Assembly (NCBI GenBank): GCA_900556875.1
Contig: USQQ01000001.1
Span: forward strand, 118,450 to 142,449
Origin: an uncultured Collinsella sp.
Lineage (GTDB): Bacteria > Actinomycetota > Coriobacteriia > Coriobacteriales > Coriobacteriaceae
Direction of reading: 5' to 3'
Length of the DNA: 24,000 bases
Shown here in pieces: positions 16,341-23,260 of the stretch. Within the stretch, counting starts at the first letter, position 1. Each line of letters opens with the position of its first letter. The notes below the pieces were generated by a model. That model saw nothing but the letters and a program-made list of their open reading frames with translations, had not been told where the DNA came from and searched no databases. Both the position numbers and the translations under genes were made by a program.

Positions 16341-16492
16341 AAAACTATGCCCATTTACTACGTTTAGCCCGGGATGCTCGACCATGCACCGGTTTTTGTT
16401 ACATTTGTGAGCAGTATACCTGCGGTTTTGTTTATCTCAAATTCGACATGCTCGACGATAGCCAATCAAACGTAGTAAATGGGCATAGTTTT
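16341..16492. repeat. 25-bp perfect inverted repeat separated by a 102-bp AT-rich spacer (MITE-like or long-hairpin element)
   Basis: AAAACTATGCCCATTTACTACGTTT (16341-16365) has its exact reverse complement at 16468-16492. The spacer carries a direct repeat ATGCTCGAC (16374-16382 and 16448-16456). The element sits between convergent genes. Confidence 0.8.
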
Positions 16493-16559
16493 TGACAGGC
16501 GGCATCGCGCGCGTCCCTCGCAAGGGCAAAATGATCCGTTTTCCTCCGTCCCCAAGGGA

Positions 16560-17042
16560 TCAGTTGAACAGATTGCCAATGGGGTCGGGGGCGGAACTGG
16601 GGAGATAGCGGATTTCTAGCTCTATGCCGAGCTTTTGCAACTCTTTGAAGGCGGCGATGTCCGTATCGTCTACGGCAATGGTAGGCGTTGCAGAGCGCTT
16701 GCCCTCCCCTGCCTGCATATGGCCAATGCTGATCTTGGTTATTGGCACACCACCCTTAACCAGCGCGAGCGCATCGGCGGGTGAGGCCACTATGATCAAG
16801 ATCCATTGACGCGGCGTTGCGGTATGAATGATGTCGATAGTCCTTTGCACCGAGAAAAACCGCGTCCAAACGCCTTCTGGCACCGCCACCCTCATTGGTG
16901 CCCATTGGCGCGAATCCGCCGCGATCTCATCGTTGACGATAAGGACAAGGTTGGAACCCACGGCTTCGTTCCACAGCTCAACGTCTTGCCCGTAAATGAA
17001 ACGGTCATCGATACGCGTAAGAAGAATCTTGGGTTGAGCCAT
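16560..17042 (-). CDS. Orphan PTS EIIB-like protein, mannose/sorbose family, lacking the phosphorylatable His
   Basis: ILLTRIDDRFIYGQ aligns with the family signature RIDDR(L/F)IHGQ, but the His is Tyr (codon TAC, 16992-16994). No EIIA, EIIC or EIID gene is adjacent. The start is uncertain: ATG 17042 is preferred, with 17069 as an alternative. Confidence 0.7.
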   Translation of the reverse strand: MAQPKILLTRIDDRFIYGQDVELWNEAVGSNLVLIVNDEIAADSRQWAPMRVAVPEGVWTRFFSVQRTIDIIHTATPRQWILIIVASPADALALVKGGVPITKISIGHMQAGEGKRSATPTIAVDDTDIAAFKELQKLGIELEIRYLPSSAPDPIGNLFN

Positions 17043-17249
17043 GGCTGCCCCATTCTGTTTGAGACCCATACGAGCGGGACGTCGACCACCAACTCAACAG
17101 CAGGTCAAGTAACAAATGGGCACTGCAGACATCACGCCTCTAATATTAGTGCATTTAAAGTGAGAAAAGCCGTCAGAACACTTGCGCGGATGTGCGATGT
17201 CCCGTATCATAGACAGCCGTTGACGCCTCAGTTGCGTCATCATATGGCC

Positions 17250-17325
17250 GCCAGCGTAGCTCAGTTGGTAGAGCACCGCTCTCGTAAAGCGGGGGTCACC
17301 GGTTCGAGCCCGGTCGCTGGCTCCA
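17250..17325 (+). tRNA. tRNA-Thr (anticodon CGU), with encoded CCA
   Basis: The sequence folds by hand as a cloverleaf. The acceptor stem is GCCAGCG/CGCTGGC and the D arm is GCTC-AGTTGGTA-GAGC. The anticodon stem is CCGCT/AGCGG with loop CTCGTAA. The T arm is ACCGG-TTCGAGC-CCGGT. The discriminator is T, followed by CCA. Confidence 0.9.
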
Positions 17326-17336
17326 TTACACAAGAT

Positions 17337-17360
17337 AGCCGCCTTCGGGCGGCTTTTTTG
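17337..17360 (+). terminator. Rho-independent terminator after tRNA-Thr
   Basis: The hairpin AGCCGCC-TTCG-GGCGGCT is followed by TTTTTTG. Confidence 0.8.
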
Positions 17361-17582
17361 TTGCCGATTTTGAGTGCGTGCGCGCCAATCCAAACATCGC
17401 CACGTCAACGGCGGCCCACTCGGTGGACTTCGGGTTTAATGCTTAGGGGCGGGGATTTACCAAAGTGAAATCTTAATGAAAAGAAACCCAGCTGCAACAA
17501 TTGCCATGGTGAGGGCTCAAATTGGCCATATAGATCTAAAATAGTCACAATATACAAATGTCGAGAGATATTGGCGATATAG

Positions 17583-18008
17583 ATGAAAAGAACTAAGGGT
17601 TTTCTTTTGCTGGTATTGATGCTGCTCGGACTGTTCTGCCTGAGTGGCCCTTCTTGGGCCAAGGCTGCCTGTCCTGAAGGTGAGCCTTAGCAGTCTTATA
17701 CGGGCAGCCTGCTGATAACTGCTAAGGAGGGCGATGCCGACTCTCAGTCTGGGGTAAATCCCCTTGCCACTTTTGAGGGGGACGGCGGAACGGTCAAGCT
17801 TGACCATATTGGTAGCGGGATTTTGAGGTGGCAAGTTCTTCCGGACAAAATTGCGAACGATCCCTTCTCTTTTGCTGGAACGATTTATCTATACAAGGTT
17901 GTGAGCGGAAAACAAAAATACGTCGATTGCTATCCGACAAACGGGTCTGGAATTGCATTCACCGGCATTTCGGGGCAGATTGATACACATGTACGAAAGG
18001 GAACCTAA
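17583..18008 (+). pseudogene. Small secreted protein gene interrupted by one in-frame TAG (17688-17690)
   Basis: The ATG at 17583 encodes a signal-peptide-like N-terminus, MKRTKGFLLLVLMLLGLFCLSGPSWAKAA.., then TAG. The same frame stays open for 105 more codons to the TAA at 18006-18008. There is no clear SD. The region is AT-richer than its surroundings. Confidence 0.5.
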
Positions 18009-18102
18009 GTGGTGCGTTGGGTTGGAGCTGCTGCAGGTCCGATATGGATTGCGGTCTTGCGCCCCGATGTCCAAATAGGTCTCTCTAGACGGGAAGTTGC
18101 TC

Positions 18103-18468
18103 ATGGACGCCATATATGACGGAGACGACTGGGTCGATCATTATAGTTGGCGACTAGTCGGCTCGGATGACAATGGGGATGTGGTGTTTGATGGACTATG
18201 TCCAAAGCATCTCCATCCTTTTGTTTCGTCGTTAATTGAGAGTTCCGCTCGTGTTGCCCCCTACAGCTCGGCGTCGCTTCATGATACGGACGTTTTGAAG
18301 ACCATAAGGGAATCAATTGACGAGGGCACGATGAGCGGCCCGCTGTTTTCTCAGCTTGTGGGGCTAGATGAGATTGGCTCGAAACGACTGCTTGCGGGCG
18401 AAAAAGTGGAACTCACTTATCGGTCGATGATTTCAATCCTGCGGCTAGCCGATGTTCTTCGCAAATAA
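18103..18468 (+). CDS. Hypothetical protein (121 aa) with a possible C-terminal HTH-like segment
   Basis: Open frame with GGGAAG 6 nt before the ATG at 18103. I recognise no family. The C-terminal ..FSQLVGLDEIGSKRLLAGEKVELTYRSMISILRLADVL resembles a helix-turn-helix only loosely. Confidence 0.45.
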   Translation: MDAIYDGDDWVDHYSWRLVGSDDNGDVVFDGLCPKHLHPFVSSLIESSARVAPYSSASLHDTDVLKTIRESIDEGTMSGPLFSQLVGLDEIGSKRLLAGEKVELTYRSMISILRLADVLRK

Positions 18469-18485
18469 ATGAGGCTTCCCTATTC

Positions 18486-18542
18486 AAAAAACCGAAAACC
18501 CCGCCAAACGTGATTTCCCTAGGGAAAAAACGCTTGGCGGGG
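18486..18542 (-). terminator. Rho-independent terminator for the yhcH-like gene; possibly bidirectional
   Basis: The stem is CCCCGCCAAACG (18499-18510) / CGCTTGGCGGGG (18531-18542). On the minus strand it is followed by TTTTCGGTTTTTTG. Confidence 0.65.
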
Positions 18543-18604
18543 TCCTGGCGTGTTTTCCCTAAGGGGATCACGCCATCAGACGAGCAGCTCAGCCGAGCAG
18601 CGCG

Positions 18605-19078
18605 CTACTCCTCCCAGTAAGCGTCGGCAAGCAGCTTAAAGCAGATCTTCTTGACCGGCTGTGCGCCATCGCCCGGGAACTCGAGCGTGGGCATGTGGGG
18701 CTCGCCGGCAACGAACAGTGCGAATTTGTCGTCGGCAAGATCGCCGGCGATCGAGGCGTCGGAATCGACCAGATCATAGTCGTCCTTCTCGTCAAACTCC
18801 TGGACCAGCGTCAGGCTGCCCGTAGCGACCTTGAAGGCCTCGCGACCCTCGACGTCGATCTGCAGGTCGTGATAGCGCTGATGCGTCTCATAGTGAGCCT
18901 CAGCCTCGGGACGCGTCGTGGGAGCCATGACGTTCGCAAAGACCTTCTCACCCAAAATCGGATGGCTGCCGACCTCGAGCTGTGCCGGGTCGTTCTCCTC
19001 GAGCCAGTCGATCAGCACGTCGAGGCCCTTGAGCATTCCGCGGTACTCCTCGATATCGCCCAATGCACCGTAAATCAT
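18605..19078 (-). CDS. YhcH/YjgK/YiaL (DUF386) family protein, a cupin-like sugar anomerase/EbgC-like protein
   Basis: 157-aa ORF. MIYG.L.....Y......L...IDWL.......L..G.H.I.G....ANV......P......E.H..Y.D.Q matches the family pattern. GAGAGGGG lies upstream of the ATG. Confidence 0.75.
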   Translation of the reverse strand: MIYGALGDIEEYRGMLKGLDVLIDWLEENDPAQLEVGSHPILGEKVFANVMAPTTRPEAEAHYETHQRYHDLQIDVEGREAFKVATGSLTLVQEFDEKDDYDLVDSDASIAGDLADDKFALFVAGEPHMPTLEFPGDGAQPVKKICFKLLADAYWEE

Positions 19079-19109
19079 CTAAATCCCCTCTCGGATCGCT
19101 TCTTTGGCG

Positions 19110-19240
19110 GCTACTCGGCAAACGCGTTACCGACGCTGTTGCCACCCACATACGCCTCGACCAGGGTAAGGTCGGGATTGAACACGACAAACTCGGCGTC
19201 GCGCCCCAGCATAATGCTACCGCACTTGTCGTCGACATGA
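19110..19240 (-). pseudogene. Remnant of a nagA paralogue (last ~43 codons plus stop)
   Basis: The reverse complement reads AHVDDKCGSIMLGRDAEFVVFNPDLTLVEAYVGGNSVGNAFAE*. The intact NagA C-terminus reads AHIEDKCGSIMPGRDADFVVFDHELTLVETYVGGQSVGNAFTE* (21969-22100). There is no upstream continuation. Confidence 0.85.
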
Positions 19241-19275
19241 GCTAGCAAGCAATGCCGGGGCCGACGCTCAGGCTT

Positions 19276-20211
19276 TTACAGCTCGGTCACGACAACGCCG
19301 TTGTAAACCTCGTCCCAACGATCCATAACCAAGTGGCCAGTCATGGGATCCATGGCATTGAGCTTGCCGCAGGTGTTGGCGGTACGCAGCACCGTCTCGT
19401 CGTCCGCGCCAGCAGCAATGGCATGCGCGAAGCCAGCGATAGTGGAGTCGCCAGAGCCCGTAGCGTTAACGGCGGGGATATCGGGGGTCTTGGCGCGGAA
19501 TGCACGGCCATTATGGAAGCCCACGGAGCCGGCAGCGCCCATGGACACGACGACCCAGGGGATATCGGAGAAGCGGGCATCAGAGGCGAGCGCGGCGCGG
19601 AGCTCGTCCACATCGTCGGTGGTAAAGCTCGTACCCAAAAGGCCGTTGATCTCGGTCAGGTTAGGCTTGACCAGCTCGGGCTTAATTTCGGACTTAAGGG
19701 CGGCCTCGAGCGAAGCACCCGAGGTATCGAGCAGCACCTTGGCGCCGGCGTTCTCGGCAATACCCGTGATCTTGGCGTAGTAGCCCGCCTCGACACCACG
19801 GGGCAGCGAACCCGAGATGGTAACGACAGCGGCCTTGCTCGCAAGCTCGGCGAACTTGGCGGTAAAGGCATCGAGCTCCTCGGGGGCAATCGTCGGGCCG
19901 CTCTCGAGTAGCTCGGTCTGGTTGCCGGCGTGGAGGATGTTAAGGCAAATGCGAGTCTCGCCCTTGATGGGTACAAAATCATTCTTAATGCCGTTGGCAT
20001 CCATGAGCTCGGCCATGTAGGCGCCCATGTGGCCGCCGAGTAGACCGGTTGCCACAACGTCGTCGCCCAGCTGACCCAGTACACGGGCCACGTTGAGACC
20101 CTTGCCGCCGGCGGTCTTTTCGGGCGTCACACGGTTAACGTCGTCGATAATGAGCTCATCGAGCTGATAGCGTGTATCGACGGACGGGTTCATCGTAACG
20201 GTGAGGATCAT
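19276..20211 (-). CDS. PfkB-family hexose-phosphate kinase (1-phosphofructokinase / tagatose-6-phosphate kinase LacC-like)
   Basis: 311-aa ORF. MILTVT.NPS.D matches the N-terminus of the FruK/LacC subfamily. It also has GGKG.NVARVL and the C-terminal ATP-site motif TGSGDSTIAGF. Confidence 0.85.
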   Translation of the reverse strand: MILTVTMNPSVDTRYQLDELIIDDVNRVTPEKTAGGKGLNVARVLGQLGDDVVATGLLGGHMGAYMAELMDANGIKNDFVPIKGETRICLNILHAGNQTELLESGPTIAPEELDAFTAKFAELASKAAVVTISGSLPRGVEAGYYAKITGIAENAGAKVLLDTSGASLEAALKSEIKPELVKPNLTEINGLLGTSFTTDDVDELRAALASDARFSDIPWVVVSMGAAGSVGFHNGRAFRAKTPDIPAVNATGSGDSTIAGFAHAIAAGADDETVLRTANTCGKLNAMDPMTGHLVMDRWDEVYNGVVVTEL

Positions 20212-20270
20212 TTTTAGCTCCTTATCTCGCAGGCTCCTTGTGCCTCGCGATACGAGTCGACAAAACGGAA

Positions 20271-21152
20271 TTACAGAATCTCAATCGTGAACGAGCGAAC
20301 GACGGTCTCCTTGGGCTTGGCGACAAGGCAGCCGCGCTTATGCTCAAGCACGTCGTCCTCATCGGAGCAGGTCGAAAGGCCGTCCCAAGGCTCAACTGCC
20401 ACAAAATCACCCTCGGGCTTACTCCACACGATGAGGTACGGAAAGCCCTCAAAGCTCAGGCGAACGCCCTTGTCCTCGCCCTTTTTGGAAAGCGTGACCT
20501 GACGACTCTCGAGTACGTCAAAGATGGTCTCCGCAAAATCGAAGAGCTCGTGCGACAGGGGCAACGTCTTCCCCACCATGGGGTTCTTGGAGCGGTTTGC
20601 CACATCAATCAAGCCAGTCGAAGGAACGGCGGTGCAGAGCTCCGCAGCCTCGTCCTTCTCAAAGCGCAGCTCGTAGTCCGTATAGACCTCGCCCTCATCG
20701 AGCGGGCACCTAAAGCCGGGGTGTCCACCGATAAAGAACGGCATGTCCTCGGTGCCCTCGTTGGTCACCTCATAGGAGACGCGCACGGTATCCCCCTCAA
20801 GCGCATAACGAGCGACAAGCTTAAACGGGTACGGATAATCACTCAGCAGCGCGGCGTTATCCTCCGAAGCCAGGCACATCGCCAGCTCGTTCTCGCTCTG
20901 GCTCAGCAGCTTCCACTCCTGTTTGCGCGCAAACCCGTGGCGAGCGAGCTTCACATGATGCCCGGCAAACGTCATGGCGCTACCATCACGCAGGCCTCCG
21001 CAAATCGGGAAGCAAATCGGTGCCTGGCCGGACCACACGGCGGGATCACCCTGCCACAGGTACTCGCGACCTCCAGCCTCAATCGAGGTAAACGAGCCGC
21101 CGGCCGTGGAGACCTTGATAGAAATCGAATCGTTGGAGAGAGCGTATTCCAT
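20271..21152 (-). CDS. Aldose 1-epimerase family protein (LacX/YihR-like)
   Basis: I chose the ATG at 21152, preceded by AAAGGA. The protein begins MEYALSNDSISIKVSTAGG...EYLWQGDP..W.G.AP..FP..G.L. and contains HGF.R and GGHPGF motifs. The ORF-track start at 21287 adds 45 unsupported codons. Confidence 0.75.
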   Translation of the reverse strand: MEYALSNDSISIKVSTAGGSFTSIEAGGREYLWQGDPAVWSGQAPICFPICGGLRDGSAMTFAGHHVKLARHGFARKQEWKLLSQSENELAMCLASEDNAALLSDYPYPFKLVARYALEGDTVRVSYEVTNEGTEDMPFFIGGHPGFRCPLDEGEVYTDYELRFEKDEAAELCTAVPSTGLIDVANRSKNPMVGKTLPLSHELFDFAETIFDVLESRQVTLSKKGEDKGVRLSFEGFPYLIVWSKPEGDFVAVEPWDGLSTCSDEDDVLEHKRGCLVAKPKETVVRSFTIEIL

Positions 21153-21308
21153 TGTCCATCCTTTCGAACAACTGCTTTTTGCTCGCAAGAACCCGTCTCG
21201 GCCCTGACCAAAGGACAAACCCGCACGTTCATCGATGCGTCCGGTATCCCGGCCATGCAACGGGGTACCATACAGACATTGATGCAATTACAGCTGAAAG
21301 GCCTTCTT

Positions 21309-21893
21309 ATGCGAACCATCATCCTTTATGCCTCACGCCACCACGGCAATACGAAAAAACTCGTGGACGCCATCGTCGAGGCGCACCCCGAAATCGATAC
21401 CCTCGACGTGAAGTCACTCGGTAAAAACGAGTACCCCGACCTGCACGAATACCATCTGATCGGCGTCGCCACGGGCATCTATTACTCCGAGATCGACAAG
21501 GACATGGCACGCGTGCTCACGAACGTGCTGCAGCCGCAGGACAAGGTGTTTGGCCTTATGACCTACGGTGGCAAAAACAAGTGGTACGGCAAGGATATCG
21601 ATGGCATCTGCCGCATGAGGCAGGCCATCTTTATGGGCGTCTACGGCTGCCCCGGCTTTGATACGTGGGGGCCGTTCAAACTCACCGGCGGTGTCCAAAA
21701 GGGGCACCCGAACGCTGAGGAAATTAAGGGCGCCGTCGACTTCTTCGACAAGATCGAAGACGAGTATGGCGACATCATCGTCGAAGAGTATGCCAAGCGC
21801 GAGAAGCGTCTAGCCTACGAAAAGGAGCATCCTGCAGGAGGCCTGGTGGCCGGCGTTAAGCGCACGGCAAAGAAGATCGCTAACAAGCTGTAA
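21309..21893 (+). CDS. Flavodoxin-like fold family protein
   Basis: The 194-aa ORF starts at ATG 21309, with GAAAGG 8 nt upstream. MRTIILYASRHHGNTKKLVDAI is a typical flavodoxin-like N-terminal FMN-loop pattern. The rest of the 551-aa ORF-track entry is antisense shadow of the epimerase gene. Confidence 0.65.
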   Translation: MRTIILYASRHHGNTKKLVDAIVEAHPEIDTLDVKSLGKNEYPDLHEYHLIGVATGIYYSEIDKDMARVLTNVLQPQDKVFGLMTYGGKNKWYGKDIDGICRMRQAIFMGVYGCPGFDTWGPFKLTGGVQKGHPNAEEIKGAVDFFDKIEDEYGDIIVEEYAKREKRLAYEKEHPAGGLVAGVKRTAKKIANKL

Positions 21894-21924
21894 CTGTAAA
21901 GGTGCTTTTGAGCGTTTAACCCAT

Positions 21925-21962
21925 ACGGCGGGTCCGAGCAGATTCGGGCCCGCCGTCTTTTT
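21925..21962. terminator. Bidirectional terminator hairpin between the convergent flavodoxin and nagA genes
   Basis: A 13-bp stem ACGGCGGGTCCGA / TCGGGCCCGCCGT (one mismatch) is followed by CTTTTTC on the plus strand. Confidence 0.6.
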
Positions 21963-21968
21963 CTATCG

Positions 21969-23144
21969 TTACTCGGTAAAGGCGTTACCGACGCTCTGAC
22001 CGCCAACATACGTCTCGACGAGGGTGAGCTCGTGGTCGAACACGACAAAGTCGGCGTCGCGACCCGGCATGATGCTGCCGCACTTATCCTCGATGTGCGC
22101 GGAGCGTGCCGGCACCTCGGTTGCCATGCGAATGGCGATATCGGCGCTGGCGATGCCCCAGTCGACGATGTTCTTGACACCCTGGGCAAGCGTGAGCACC
22201 GAGCCGGCAATGCTCTTGCCGTCGGCGAGCCAGCACAGGTTGTCCTTCATGATGACGTCCATGCCGCCGCTGGTGTAGCTGCCCTCGGGCATGCCGCCGC
22301 AGCCCAGGCAGTCGGTGATGAGTACCGTGTGCTGCCAGCCCTTGGCCTGCAGCAGCGCCTTGATGGCGGCAGGGTTTACGTGCTTGCCGTCACAGATGAT
22401 CTCGGCGTAGGTCTCGGACGTGGACATAGCAGCACCCACGACACCGGGCTCACGGTGATGCAGCCCGCGCTGGCCGTTATAGGTATGCGTAAAGCAGCTG
22501 GCACCGGCGTTGATGGCGGCGATGCACTCATCGTAGGTGGCGTCGGAGTGACCGATGCTGGTCACCACACCCTTGGCGTTCAGAGCAGCCGCATAAGCAG
22601 CGGCACCGTCGCGCTCGGCCGCCATGGCGCTCTTAACGATGCGACCGCCCGCAGCCTCCTGCCACTGATCAAAGACCTCCTCGGAGGGATCGATAAGATA
22701 AGCGGGGTTCTGCGCGCCCACGTGCTTCATGGTAAAGAAGGGGCCCTCCAGATAGATGCCCTGAATGCGAGCACCGCAGAAGTCGGGGCCGCGACCCTCG
22801 TCCGCCTGAGCGATGGCGGCGCAGGCGTCCTTGATCTGCTCGACGCCATCGGTGAACGTCGTGGGTAGCCAGCTGGTGGTACCGCGACGGGCGAGCTCAG
22901 TCGAGCTGATATCGATACCCTCGGGGTCGTTATCGGTAGTTGAGTGGTTGTAGAAGCCATGGATGTGGGTATCGACCATACCCGGTGCGATCCACGATCC
23001 CGTGTAGTCCTTGATCTCGCAAGAGGGCTCGTCGGCCTGCCAGGCGCCAAAGACGCCATCCTCGACCATAAGATAGCCGCCCAGCTGCGGACCTGCCGGC
23101 AAGAAGAACTTGTCAGCCTTAATTGCGTACGTGCTCATATGCAC
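21969..23144 (-). CDS. nagA: N-acetylglucosamine-6-phosphate deacetylase
   Basis: 391-aa ORF with motifs PG.VD.H.HG (MVDTHIHGF), GI.LEGPF, IGHSDAT, TH.YN.M-like (THTYNGQ) and I.DG.H. Confidence 0.9.
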   Translation of the reverse strand: MHMSTYAIKADKFFLPAGPQLGGYLMVEDGVFGAWQADEPSCEIKDYTGSWIAPGMVDTHIHGFYNHSTTDNDPEGIDISSTELARRGTTSWLPTTFTDGVEQIKDACAAIAQADEGRGPDFCGARIQGIYLEGPFFTMKHVGAQNPAYLIDPSEEVFDQWQEAAGGRIVKSAMAAERDGAAAYAAALNAKGVVTSIGHSDATYDECIAAINAGASCFTHTYNGQRGLHHREPGVVGAAMSTSETYAEIICDGKHVNPAAIKALLQAKGWQHTVLITDCLGCGGMPEGSYTSGGMDVIMKDNLCWLADGKSIAGSVLTLAQGVKNIVDWGIASADIAIRMATEVPARSAHIEDKCGSIMPGRDADFVVFDHELTLVETYVGGQSVGNAFTE

Positions 23145-23194
23145 TCCTTGCTTCTAAAGCAGTTGACTGTGGTGATGCTTATACCCGGTCCAAG

Positions 23195-23240
23195 TGAAAA
23201 CAAAAAGCGCCCGCCCGCCGTTATGAGCGGACGGGCGCCC
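23195..23240 (-). terminator. Rho-independent terminator between the agaS-like gene and nagA
   Basis: A 12-bp GC stem (GCGCCCGCCCGC 23207-23218 / GCGGACGGGCGC 23227-23238, one mismatch) is followed on the minus strand by TTTTTGTTTTC. Confidence 0.7.
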
Positions 23241-23260
23241 TTACAGGGGGGGGGACGCGA

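Noticed and set aside
16349-16484. Identical mini-ORFs (MPIYYV*) encoded by each arm of the 25-bp inverted repeat, and a 27-aa ORF from ATG 16327
   Set aside because: Both mini-ORFs are a trivial consequence of the palindromic arms. They have no RBS and are too short to support as genes.
2450-17690. The idea that in-frame TAG codons (2450-2452, 2705-2707, 17688-17690) reflect TAG reassignment or pyrrolysine-type recoding
   Set aside because: TAG is the ordinary stop of many clearly complete genes here: both antitoxins and both toxins, HPr, RDD, the M24 and M42 peptidases, malY-like, the PRD regulator and deoR. I saw no pyl genes. Pseudogenisation is the simpler explanation.
18010-18123. A GTG-initiated 37-codon ORF between the interrupted secreted-protein gene and the 121-aa ORF
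   Set aside because: It has no RBS and no recognisable features, and its length is consistent with chance.
17250-18600. An intact integrative element at tRNA-Thr
   Set aside because: The window contains no integrase or recombinase ORF, and I could find no direct repeat of the tRNA 3' end. I report it only as a possible degraded islet.
20238-21308. The first 357 codons of the 551-aa plus-strand ORF
   Set aside because: Only the last 194 codons, from ATG 21309 with an RBS, look like a real flavodoxin-like protein. The upstream part is antisense to the lacX-like epimerase.
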